Made by a program: the position numbers and the translations under genes | The notes under the pieces: generated by a model | Told to the model about the DNA's origin: nothing | Database searches by the model: none | What the model saw: the letters and a program-made list of their open reading frames with translations, nothing else | NCBI RefSeq assembly: GCF_964213995.1 | Contig: NW_027590357.1 | Span: 62,001-126,000, forward strand | DNA from: Mustelus asterias | Lineage: Eukaryota | Direction: 5' to 3' | DNA: 64,000 nt | Part shown: piece by piece, positions 26,120 through 38,090 of the stretch | How positions within the stretch are numbered: position 1 is the stretch's first letter | Layout of the letters: each line of letters starts with the position of its first letter

Positions 26120-26727
26120 GGTTGACCAGGATGTTGCCTGGTATGGAGGGTATTGGCTGTGAGGAGTGATTGAATAAACTGGGATTGTTCTCCCTGGAAA
26201 GACGGAGGCTGAGGGACGACCAGCTGGAAGTTTATAAAATTATGAGGGGTGTGGCGAGGATGAACAGTTGGGAGCTTTTTCCCAGGACAGAAATGATAAT
26301 TACAAGGGGAACAAGTTCAAGATAAGGGGGAAATTGATAAATTCTTGATTTCTCGAGGAATTAAGGGCTATGGGGAGAGAGCGGGTAAATGGAGTTGAAA
26401 TCAACCATGATTGAATGGTGGAGTGGACTCGATGGGCCGAATGGCCTTACTTCCGCTCCTATGTCTTATGGTCTTATGGTCTTATGGAAAGGTTGAGTGG
26501 AGATGTGCGGGGAAGGTTTTTACACAGAGGGTGGTGGGGGCCTGGAATGCGCTGCCAAGTGAGGTGGTTGAGGCAGATACATTAGTGACATTTAAGATTT
26601 ATCTGGATAGACACATGAACAAACGGGGTATAGAGGGTTACAGGCCATTGGTCTCGATAGGGAAACATGATCGGCGCAGGCTTGGAGGGCCAAAGGACCT
26701 GTTCCTGTGCTGTGCTGTTCTTTGTAT
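26120..26727 (+). mobile_element. CR1 LINE fragment with a nested second CR1 tail (26334-26485)
   Basis: Homologous to 56390-56840, which lacks the nested piece. Confidence 0.88.
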
Positions 26728-29700
26728 TAAAGTGTCTGCTGCAGGTTTTATTCGACCGTCGAGTCCCATCGATTTAAACACAGGCACTGTTTGGAAAAGG
26801 AGCAAAATGCAAAAGCCTTCCTGAGGTTAGGCCTGGGATTGAGGCCTGGTCACAGAGGCTGCATTATACATCCTGGACAAAGAACAGGTTCCCCAGGCCC
26901 CGGCCAGTTCACCAGAACAATCCCCTCCAGCCCCGAAACCTCCCGGACAGGGCCTGGGAGGAGGGAGGGGGGGAAAAGGGAACCAGTGCTGCCCCCACCC
27001 CCTGTCCCCTTCCACCCTCCCCTCACACCGCACGCAGCCCCCATTACAGAATCATAGGACCCTACAGTACAGAAGGAGGCCCATTCGGCCCATCAGGTCT
27101 ACACCGACCACATTCACATCCAGGCCCCATCCTCATTACTCCATGTGACTTTCTCTGTCTCTCTCTCCCTCTCTCTTTGTGTGACTTTCTCTCTGTCTCT
27201 CCCACTCTCTCTCTCCCTGTCCAATATTGTCATGAAGTTGCATATATAAGGTTAAAGATGTGGTGTTTGACAAATGTAAATATTGAAAAGAAATGCTGAG
27301 AAAACCAAAACAAACCATCCAGCGTTGTGTCTTTAGAAAGCCTGTGTCTTTGTGCTGGGGATTTTAAACTGCAGAAGACAACTTTACAACAGTTGTGTCC
27401 AAAGCAGCAGCCAGAGTCCCAGCAGAGCAAAACAGGCTTTGAATTGGGTGAATGATTTTAAAACAAGCTCTCAAACACACACAACCAATTGCATTCAAAT
27501 TGGGGCGTTGGTGACAGCCTCAAGCCACTCAAATTGCAGGAATACTGTGAGGAAATTCTGGGTATTTAAACCCGGGACAGGGGGAAATAACGGGGAGGGA
27601 GCGACCTTGCTGCCTCTTTAGATTGAAGGAGGGAGAGTCTGATACTGAATCCTGCAGTAATATATACAGCTTCATCACATCACCATCTAAATAGAAGCAG
27701 AAACCAACTCAGAAAGTATTCCAGACCCAAGCAGCAGAAGAAAGTTCACACTTCCAACAGACGCCTGGTATTATATTATTTGAGGGTGACTCTATTCTGT
27801 AATGATTTATTTCATTATTCCTGAGTGAGTCTTGTCATTGGAACAGCATTCTACTGGGGAGTTTATTCAGTTTGTTCATTGTTTTAATAAGGTTGTCACC
27901 CAGTCTAAATTAAAGACCTGTTAGTTGTTCCTGATACAGAGAGTGTCAGATCTTGCTTTAATTTACCAATTCCTCCCACAGCACAAAGCTGTGCGGGTTG
28001 GGTGGATTGGCCGTGTTAAATTGACCCCAGTGTCAGGGGGATTAGCAGGTTAAAAGTGTGGGGTCATGGGAATAGGGCCTGGTTGGGATTGTGGTCGGTA
28101 CAGACTAGATGGGCCGAATGGCCTCCTTCTGCACATCTGTCTAAAACCAGTAGCTTCCTCCTGTCTCACACACACTTACTTAAGATTACGAGGCGAGGTG
28201 TATCCCTTTGGGGGGGTTACAAAATAGCGCAGAGGGAAACATCACCTCAGAGTGGTAACAATATTTATAATCCCACAATCACACCCCCACCCTCCCTTAG
28301 TCAATGAATGAATGATTCAAATGACAATGAAGGTAATTCTGCACAGCAAGATCCCACTGCCAGTCCCACGATGGAGGAGGGCAGCCCCAGACTCTGTGTC
28401 TCTTTCCCCCTGCCCCTGCTGAGACCCTCTCACACCCCCCCCACACCCTCTCTGTTTAGCTCTCCCTCCATTTCTCTATCTCTCTCTCTGCCTCCTCCGC
28501 CTCCCCAACCCTTCTCCTTCCCCTCAATCTTTCCTGTTTAAAGTTCTGCTCACGGTCACAGTGCGAGGAATAGGGAGCCAGACCCACCTGTGTGCATAGC
28601 CAGATCCCACACACACAACCTGGTGAGGGCCAGATTAAATAAATGTTGTGGGTGAGGACTGCAGGAGAGTGTGTGGGAAATGGGATCCACTCTCTCTCTC
28701 TTCCCAAATTAAATTGGCAACAATTCACATTGGTGTTTTCTTAAACATTTTATTGAAAGATGAAATATAGACAGGAATGTCTGGGGAGAGAGAGAGGGGA
28801 GGGGTGCTGGGATTGGTAAGAATACTGGAGAGACAGAGACAGGGAAATTCTATACCCACCCCCCCATCCAAATAGAAATTCCTGGGAAAAGAGAGAGAGA
28901 AAAGAATCTGGAGTCACACAGCACAGAAACAGGCCCTTCGGCCCACCAGCTCCATGTTGGCCATCAAATCCCAATCTATCCTCCTCCCATTCCCCAGCAC
29001 TTGCTCCAGAGCCTACGGTGCCTTGGCGATTAAAGTGCTTGAATTTACCCGACCCCTTTTCAAGCTTTTTCCTTGAACCCACTTTGCGGTCCCTGAGCCA
29101 GATTTTGTTTGAAAATAAAAAGTGTGGTCACTGTTGCAGTGCAGGCAAAGGCCACAGGCCCAGTGTGTGCACAGCAAGATCCCACAGCAGCAGCAGCAAT
29201 GTGAACCTGAATCAGATGTGACACAGTCCTCCCCCCCTCCCCCCCACTCTCTCGCCTGCTGTGACCCCCCTTCCCCACTCACTACCCTGTGTGTGTGTGT
29301 CTGCATCATCCCAAATCTCCAGAAAGGCTGGAACTCCCTCTTAAAAGTAACCCTTTTTAAAACTAAAATCCCTGTGGTGCACAGCAAGATCCCACAAAGT
29401 GCAGTCAGCTGTGTTGAGCGTTTTTTAAATTTGGGAATTGTTTATACAGAGTGAGGGAGCCAAAGAGGGGCTGAGACAGTGAAATCCCTCTCTCAGGACC
29501 CTCAGAATTAAACTGGAGACCCTGTCCCTCACTGAAACCCCCCCCCTCCCTCTAACAGCCTGTGTCTCTCCCCCTGCATCTAACCCACAACTCCAGCTGT
29601 TTCCATCCCTCCCTCTTCCTCTCTCTCCCTGCCTCTCTGTCTCCACCTGTTTCTGCTCGAGAAGAGACAGGGAGAGAGAGAACAGGGAGAGAGAGAGACG

Positions 29701-32190
29701 GGGAGAGATAGAGATAAAGCGAGAGAGACAGATATTTGATAATTAATTGTGTATGGTCGCATGATTGAGTGTGGTTTAATTTGGTGATTTTTTTTATACA
29801 GAGAGGCAGAGAGAGAGGTGAAGACAGTGACATTCTCTCCCTGGCACCCTCGCAAGTTCAAAGACACAAAAGCTGCAGACACTCACACACACAAACTGGG
29901 TTTGGTAAGTTTCCCAATCTCTGCAGCTTCCCATGTGGCCCAGGGTTTGAATTGAAATTTAAAAGCAGCTTGGAGAGACTGCAGGATTTTTGAGTTGAGT
30001 TTCTCCCCCCCTCACCCTGTAAATATAAAATAGAAATTCCTGGATTAAAATATTCCCTTGGACAGAGCAGAGGGAATGTGTGAGTGGTGTGTGTGTGTGT
30101 CTGAGACCTAGGCTGGATTTGGGAATATCTGCCTGCTGAAGAGGGTCAGTGAAACCATCCTGGCTGAATATCTCATCGCTAAAGAGTCACAGAGAGAGAT
30201 ATCTGATAAATAAATGTGTTACTGAACCCACTCTGGATGCTCCCTCTATCTCTGTCTTTCTCACTAACTTCATTGCAGTGTTAATGTAAGCCTTGTGACA
30301 CTAATAAATAAACTTTAAATCTTTCAACTTTAAAAACTCTCTCTTTCTGTCTCTCTCAGTAACTGCAGCGTTAATGTGAGCCTGACTTGTGACAGGAATA
30401 AACACACTTTAAAACTTTAAACATCCTCTCTGTCTCTTTATCTCTCTGTCTCTTTCTGTCTCTTTATCTATGTCTCTGTCTGTGTGTCTCTGCCTCTCTC
30501 TGTCTCTCTCAGTAACTTCATTGCAGTGTTAATGTAAGCCTTACTTATGACACTAATATATAAACTTCAAAACTTTCAACTTTAAAAACTCTGTCTGTGT
30601 GTCTCTGACTCAATTCAGACACTAGTTCAGTGCCAGGTTGAGAGGGGGTCAGTATTGAGCAGAATGGGAGGCAGTTTGATACAAAGTTTGCAGAAACTGC
30701 AGCGAGTGTTTGTAAACATGTTGGGGTTGTGGAAAGGTCAGTGTGTATGTGGTCGGTGCAGACTCGATGGGCCGAATGGCCTCTTTCTGTACTGTAGGGT
30801 TTCTATGATTCTATGAGACAGTTCCCTCCCTGTGTGTTTCTCTCTCTCTCTCTATTCCACTCTCATTCAGATCTCGCTCCCTCTGATATGAAACATTAAA
30901 TCTGGATCAGGTTAATAAACAGACACAACTCACTCAGGGTGAAGCCTGAGCAACAGGCCTCAGTCAGCCCTCCCTCTGGAAGAAGCTCCTCTCCCTCATC
31001 CTGGTCACAAACATTCCCGTCCTTTGGATCCTCGACACATCCCCAGTTTTCAAAATTCCTCAGGAGAAAAAGAGATAAAAATTGGTTAAAGAGAGAAAAA
31101 GAGACACGGCCGTTTGAACAATAAGACACACAACATATCACAGCGAGGAGTCCAGCATTTCCATTCAAGTCCATTCAGCATCATGTCCACACAAGCAAAG
31201 CACAGGTAAAAACGCAGATTGACACACACACTGACACACACACTGAATCAGAGTGGGAATGTTTTCAGTGCAGGGGGATTATTGGTGTGGGGACTGAAGG
31301 CTCTCAGATTCACATTTATCCTGAGTGTGCTGGATGCAAACCCCACCCGAAGTCTCTGACATGTCTGCAATGTCTGTCTCTCTATTGAGATGCTAATTCA
31401 CCCCCCCTCCCCCTCTCACCCCAGAGGAGTTTGTGGCAATGTCAGACTGACTCTTGATATGTTAATGCAGGCCGGCAATGGATTCTGCAAGCTCCTGCCT
31501 TTAGTTTCTTTAGTTTAGTTTCAAACTTTATTTCTTTTCCCCTGTAGGTCGTGTTCATCCATTTCAATCACCACTGACTCTCCACCCCCCACAGCAGCCC
31601 TGAAAATCCTTGCAGCCGGTCCCCACAACCCAGCGAGTGGAGGGGGAATGGGGATGTGTGAGTGAGTGGATTGGGGGGATTGTGTCAGTGTGTGTCTGTC
31701 TATCCCACCCTCTCTGCTCACACTTCCTGCCCAGCCTGCTGAAGACAGGGAAAGAATAGGAAAAGAGGAGGCTGAGGCGTGACATAATTGTGGTTCACAA
31801 AATAATAAGGGACGTCGGCAGAAATAATTCATTCCCCAAGTGGAGGGCTCAATTACCAGGGAGCATGGTCACTTAAAAGGCATCTGGGTCTGCATCTCAA
31901 GTGCTTTAAGCTGCAATGCTACGGAGCAAGGGCTGGAAAATAGGCTTACTTTGTCAGGCTCGTTTATTTGTTCTCCCTTTTGGCCAGCACAGACATGATG
32001 GGCCAAATGGCCTCATTCTGTACAGTAACATTTCTGTTGTTCTTTGGTTCTGAGCAACTTTTCAGTCAGGAGGCACTTACCTGGATTTTGCATAATTCAA
32101 TTTTTCAGAGTGCTACATATCAGTTATAACTAAAGCCTTATACAGTTCAATCAGAGCGTTCCTGTCTTGCCCAGGTTCCACAACACTTAC

Positions 32191-32490
32191 ATTGCATTCC
32201 AATGCTCTTGACTGAGTCGCTGTGTCGAACCTCACACTTGATTTTGCTGCACTCTCCCTCTGACTGGGTGATGGTTAACTGGCTGCTCAAGGTGTAGGTT
32301 CCCTTTGCGTTTCTCACTGATGGATAATTCTTAAATCCAGTGTCGATCAGCTGCCCATTTTTCTTCCAGGTCAGTTTGGAGACATCTGGAGAGTAGTCCA
32401 TCGCCAAACAGCCGTAGGTGATGGAGCCAGCGGAGTTGTGTTGCTGACAGGAAGAGACGAGGCTGTAGAGAGTGGGCGGAGACGGTGTCG
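32191..32490 (-). CDS. IGHM: IgM heavy-chain constant exon CH1 (C-mu1)
   Basis: Acceptor tctttcccag and donor T|gtaagt bound a 300-nt phase-1 exon in frame with J: [100 protein letters not shown]. This is a C1-set domain with the shark C-mu1 GCLAMDYSP and GTYTxSSQLTI signatures. Confidence 0.93.
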
Positions 32491-33020
32491 CTGGGAAAGA
32501 ATAGTCGATTAAACAAGTTAGACTATTACCTGCGTTTATTAATTAATCAAACATATTTATACAAGTATGTTTCTATATTAGGTATAGCTCTTGGGGCTAA
32601 AGGGATCAGTGGATATGGGTAGTAGGCGGGGTCAGGATATTATTGAGCCATGATCAAAGTGAATGGTGGAGCAGGGTCAAAGGGCCGAATGGCCTCCTCC
32701 TGCTTCTATTTTCTATGTTTCAACGTCACGATTTGACTAGAATTATGAACTTAAGTTAATATTTCCCGATTAAAACCTACGCACACCTTTGAGCTGCTGT
32801 TACTCCTATCAGTTGGGAATCGCCATTTTTGGAGAAACTCACATCACTGTCACCACCTCTATCAGATTGGAAAGACAAAAACATTTTGAGGTCATCGTAA
32901 TGACATACCATTCATTGGATTAACAGAGAAGAGTAAAGACTTTCTCCATTATTTCAGGCACTACCTATTTCTCAAACAACAGCACGTTGTGATGAAGAAG
33001 TTGTCTCTTCATTCATATCA

Positions 33021-33142
33021 GCCACTCACCTGATGAAAGAGCTCCAAAAGTTCGCAATTCCAAATAATCCTGTTGTACTTTAACCTGGTGTTGTGAGACT
33101 CCTTACTGTGCCCACCCCAACCTAACGCCGGCATCTCCACAT
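33021..33142 (+). mobile_element. Degenerate Penelope-like terminal repeat in the IgM J-C intron (antisense to IgM)
   Basis: Clearly homologous to 11971-12110. CTGATGA is retained, but GAAA has become AAAA and stem II is shortened. Confidence 0.55.
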
Positions 33143-33469
33143 TGTAATTTTTGGATATTGCCTGTGTTCAAACTGACTGAAGCCCCTTCCTCTCTCCAAC
33201 TCTCACTCCACAAAACGAAGATTAGTGACTTTCGTTCAGAAATACCTTCGGAATGAATACTTACTGAATGACCAGGAAACTGGAAATGTGATTACAAATT
33301 CAAATAATTGCAACATTGACTAATTTAAGGGTCGTACATTAATAGCAAGAGTTGACCATTCGGACCCTGAAGTCTCCTCCATAGTTCACTGAGATTGCAG
33401 ATGAACTGGTTGTGGTGCTAGCTCTATTTTGCACCTCCTCACTCCGCCCGTCGATCACCCACTCTCTGC

Positions 33470-34310
33470 CCATTTTCCCTGGCTCTCTGCCCTTTCCCCT
33501 GGCTCTCTGCCATTCCCTGTGGCTCCTTTCCCCTTTCACCCGGCTCTCTACACTTCCACCTGGCTCTCGACACTTCCCTCCAGCTCTGTGCCCTCTCCCC
33601 CGGCTCTCTGCCCTTTCCCTCAGCACCCTACCCTTTCCCACGGCTCTCTGCCCGGTGTCCCTGCTCACTATTCTCCTTCCCCTTTCCCCTGGCTCTCTGC
33701 CATTCCCTGTGGCTCCTTTCCCCTTTCACCCGGCTCTCTACACTTCCACCTGGCTCTCGACACTTCCCTCCAGCTCTGTGCCCTCTCCCCCGGCTCTCTG
33801 CCCTTTCCCTCAGCACCCTACCCTTTCCCCCGGCTCTCTGCCCTCTGTCCCTGCTCACTATTCTCTTTCCCCTTTCCCCTGGCTCTCTGTCCTTTCCCCC
33901 GGCTCTCTGCCCTTCCCCCCTGACTCTCTGTCTTTCCCCCTGACTCTCTGCCCTTTCCCCAGGGCTCTTTTGCACTTTTCGTCGGCTCTCTGTCCTTTCC
34001 CCGGCCTCCCTGCCCTTTATCCTGGCTCTCTCCTCTTTCCCTGATCTCCCTGCCATTTCCTCCATCTCGCTGCCTTTTCTCCTGTTTCTCTGCCCTTTCA
34101 CCTGGCTCCCTGCCCTTTCCATTGGCGCTCTTTCCCATTTCTCCTGGCTCTCTGCCCTTTCTCCTGGCTCTCTGCCCTTTCCCCCGGCTCTCGGCCCTTT
34201 CCCCAGACTCTGTGCCCTCCCCCCCCCCCCCCCCCCGCCCGCCCCAGCTCTCTGCCCTTTACCACGCCTCCTGTTCTCCCCGGCTCTTTCCCATTGTCCT
34301 TGGCCCTGAG
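33470..34310 (-). repeat. ~20-bp purine/G-rich (minus strand) minisatellite with a 190-bp duplicated block, ~1 kb 5' of CH1
   Basis: Plus-strand unit ggctctctgccctttcccc; identical anchors at 33501 and 33691. Confidence 0.9.
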
Positions 34311-34429
34311 CCCCCAGGGATTCCCCCCAGCTCTCCACATTCGCAGGGCAGCTCCCACATTTGAACACCAAACTGCTGCTTGAGATCTTTCTTCTCTCTC
34401 ATCGCAGACCTCCACACACAGGTTTAGCG

Positions 34430-35360
34430 AGTGTGAGTGAGAGAATGTGAGTGCGTGAGGGTGAGTGATTGAAGGAGTGAAAGTGGATGAGTGATGGTGT
34501 GTGAGTGATGGAAGGTGGGTAAGTGAGGGTGAGTGATTGAGTGTGAGTGAGTAAGTGTGGGTGAGGGTGAGAGAGCGTGAGTAAATGAGGGTGTGTGAGA
34601 GAGGGTGGATGAGTGAAGGTGGCTGAATGTGTGAGTGAAGGTGGTTGAGTGAGTGTCGGTAAGAGAGAATGAATGAATGAGGGTGAGCGAGTGAGGATGC
34701 GTGAAGGTTAGTGAAGGTGGGTGAGTGAGAGTGAGTGAATGAGGGTGAGGAGTGAATGTGACTTAGTAAGTGAGGGTGAGAGAGTGAGTGAGTCAGGGTG
34801 TGTTATTGAGGGTGGTGTGAGAGTGTGTGAGGGAGAATAAATGCGGATGGGTGGATGAGTGAGGGTGAGTGAGTGAAGGTGTTTGAGTGAGGATGAGTGA
34901 TTGAGGATCTGTGAGTTAGGGTGGGTGACCTTGAGTGATGGTGAATATGTGAGGGTGTGTGAGTGAATGTAGGTGCGTGAGTCTCAGTGAGTTTGAATGG
35001 GTCAGGTGGCGTACGTGAGAGAGAGAGGGCGATTGAGCTTGAGTGTGTGGGGGTGCGTCTGGGTGAGTGAGGGTCGGTAAGTGGGGAGAGTGAGTGAGTG
35101 TGAGTGAGAGAGACTGAGACTGGATGAGTGAAGGTGCGTAAGTGGGGTGAGTGAGGGTGAGTGAGAGTGAGTGAGACTGGATAAGTGAGGGTGGGTAAGT
35201 AGGGTGAGTGAGTGAGAGTGAATGAGGGTGAGTGAGTGAGGATGGGTGAAAGTGAGAGAGCGAATGTGTGTGAGTGATTTTGAGTGTGTGAGGGTGTGAG
35301 GGTGTGAGGGTGAGTGACTCAGGGTGAATGAGGATCAGTGAGTTTCTGAGGTTGAGTGCG
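34430..35360. repeat. (GAGT/GAGGGT)n low-complexity tract
   Basis: Degenerate gagtgagggtgagt repeats. Confidence 0.9.
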
Positions 35361-35367
35361 TGAGATT

Positions 35368-35685
35368 GGCGGTGGCACGGTGGCACACTTATTAGCGCTG
35401 CTGCCTCAGAGTTGGATTCGCGACTTGGGTCACTGTCTGTGTGGAGTTTGCAAGTTCCCCCGTGTCTGTTTGGGTTTCCTTCGTGTGCTCCTGTTTCCTC
35501 CCACAGTCCAAAGATGTGTGGGGTCGGTGGATTGGCCGTGCTAAATTGCCCCTTAGTGTCAGGGGGACTAGTTCCGGTAAATACATGTGGTTATGGGGAT
35601 AGGGCGTTGGTGGGTTTGCTGTTGGTGCAGACTCGATGGGCTGAATGGCCTCCTTCTGCACTGCAGCATCCTATGATTCTACTCT
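35368..35685 (+). mobile_element. HE1/V-SINE-like element in the J-C intron
   Basis: Complete head, V-domain and CR1-type tail. Confidence 0.85.
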
Positions 35686-35718
35686 ATGGTGTCAAGGACA
35701 GACACTCTGACGTCTGTG

Positions 35719-35900
35719 NNNNNNNNNNNNNNNNNNNNNNNNNNNNNNNNNNNNNNNNNNNNNNNNNNNNNNNNNNNNNNNNNNNNNNNNNNNNNNNNNN
35801 NNNNNNNNNNNNNNNNNNNNNNNNNNNNNNNNNNNNNNNNNNNNNNNNNNNNNNNNNNNNNNNNNNNNNNNNNNNNNNNNNNNNNNNNNNNNNNNNNNNN
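35719..35900. other. N-run inside the J-C intron (others at 5316-5498, 46321-46462, 46475-46902)
   Basis: Runs of n. Confidence 1.
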
Positions 35901-36399
35901 TGATAGAATGCGTTTGCACGTGTGTGAGACAGTGGGCTGTGCGTGCAAGAGGAGAGAGTGTGCGTGAGAGAAAGGATGTGTGAGATAATGTGTGTGTGTG
36001 AGAGACAGAATGTGTGTTTGAAGAGTTATTCTTTGTGTGTGACAGTGTGTCTCTTCTTGATAATGTATGTGTGTGGAGGGGCGGGGAGAGTGTGTGTGGG
36101 GAGTCTGTGTGAAAGAGTACTTCTGTGTGTGATTGTGTGTATGTTGATGTGAAAGGGAGTGTGTCTATTTGAGATACACGATGTCTGTGAAAGAGAGTGT
36201 GTGTGCCTGAGAGGGAGGTTATGTGTGTGGGAGAGTGTTGTGTTCATGTGAAAGACAGTGTGTGTGAGAGGGAGTGCCTATTGGAAAGCAAAATAATATG
36301 TTCATCAGTGTGTGAAACTGTGCATGGGATGGCGTGTGAGTGCGAAAGATGTGTACAATGTGTGTGGGAGATAGAAGCAATGTGGGGTGTTTGAGTGTA

Positions 36400-36444
<45 letters not shown>

Positions 36445-37470
36445 AGGGGCGGGGAGAGTGTGTGTGAGCGAGAAAAAGTGTGAAACTTAGACAGAATGGA
36501 TGCGTGAGTGTGTGTGAGAAATGACTGTTGAGAGAACATGTCTGTGATAGGTGGAGTGTTTAAAGAGAGATACATTGGATATACATGTGTGTTCGTGTGT
36601 AAGAGAAGGAGAGACTGTGTGCGAGATTGTGTGCGTGTGAAAGGGAGGGTGTTTGTGAGAGACAGTGTTTGAGAGCAAGATTGTGCGTGTGTGAGATAAT
36701 GTGTAACGGATTGAGCGTGTGAAAGAGGGAGAAATATGTACCTGTGTGAGAGAATGCGTGTGCAAGTGTCCGTATGAGAGAGAGAGAGCATGGGAATGTG
36801 TGTGAGATTAAGTGAGAGTGTACGGAAGAGGGAATGTGAGAGGCATAGTGCATGTGTGTGTGTGAGAGAGCGAATGTGTGCGTGAGACTGTGCTTATGTG
36901 AGAGACCGTGTCTGTGTGTAAGAGTGTGTGTTAGAGTGTGTGCATGTTCTATGTTTGTGAGAGAGTGATTGTGAGAGAACCAGTGTGTGAGAGCAAGAAT
37001 GTAGAGGTGTGAGATAGTGTGCGCAAGGGAAAAATAAATATGTGCGTGTGTGTGTGTGAGAGAGAGTCGTGTGCAAGAGGAATTGTGAGAAAGCGTGTGA
37101 AGAAATGTGAGACAGCTTGAGCGTGTGTGACAGAGAGTGGAAGAGAGAGAGTCCATGTGAGAGTGCGTGTGCGAGAGTGTGAGACTGTGCTTATGTGAGA
37201 GTGTGTGTCTGTGTATAAGAGAGAATGGGTGGGTGTGTGGGGATGTGAGCGCTTTTGTGTATGGGGATGTGAGAGATTGATGGAGAGAGCGAGACGATGT
37301 ATGTATTTGTATTGAGAGAGTGTATGTGTAACGTGAGAGAGAGAATGTGTATGGGTGTGTAAGAGAGACCGTATGAGAGAGAAAGTAAGTGTGAGTATGT
37401 ATGTGTGTGTGTGTGCATGTGTGAGAGAATATGAGAGTATTTATGTGTGTGAGAGTGTGTGATGTGTATA
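35901..37470. repeat. Degenerate (GT/GA)n low-complexity tract
   Basis: Visible directly in the sequence. Confidence 0.9.
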
Positions 37471-37749
37471 AGTCTCTATTTGGCTGATTCAGTCTGGAAA
37501 AGCACACTCACTCCACACATACTCACCCATTCACACAGTAAGTGGGAGTGACAAGTGAGCACAATACGGAGCGCGGGCCAAGGGTTGGAAAAACATTTAA
37601 ATCTTTCGCAATTAGTCGCAATTGAATAATTTCCTCTTTCCTCAATGAGGGAAACCTGTAAAAACTCAAGAAATTTGACACAATCCAGGGCAAAGCCACC
37701 CACAGGATTATCCGCTCCCTCATTCACCCTATTCTCTCTCTCCATCACT

Positions 37750-38090
37750 AACAAGCAGTGACAGCAGTGTGTATTATATACAAGATGCACTGCAGCAACT
37801 CACCAAGGCTCCATAGTAAACACTGTCCAAACCCGTTGCCTTTATATCCTAACAGGATAAGGGCAGCAGCCACATATGAAGACTACCACCTGCAAGCTCC
37901 CCTCCAAGACACACGCCATCCTGACTTGGAACAATACCTCAGTTCCTTCTGGCTCAAAATCCTGGAACTTCCGCCTAACAGCACGGCGGATGCCTGCAGC
38001 ATATGGATTGCAGTTATTCAAGGATGCTTCATACCAACACTTTCTCAAGGAACAATTATTGATGATTAAAAATTCTGGCCGAGCAAATGA
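37750..38090 (+). mobile_element. Degenerate LINE 3' end (same family as 2395-2545)
   Basis: tacaagatgcactgcagcaactcaccaagg...tcaaaatcctggaact...cctaacagcac. Confidence 0.6.

Larger units (their letters stand above)
20500..30747 (+). repeat. Segmental duplication, copy 1
   Basis: 20961 onward matches 47801 onward almost base for base; 24096-30747 matches 54386-60906. Confidence 0.95.

Noticed and set aside
27480-27620. CCAAT/TATA-like stretch (accaattgc...gggtatttaaa), duplicated at 57660-57800
   Set aside because: No downstream ORF or splice structure that I can support.
32191-32260. Extra cysteine in CH1 (EGECSKIKC) as a novelty
   Set aside because: From recall, similar Cys placement occurs in other shark C-mu1 sequences; I cannot claim novelty without an alignment.
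33412-37507. Several 150-315-aa ORFs in the J-C intron
   Set aside because: Translations of low-complexity repeats.
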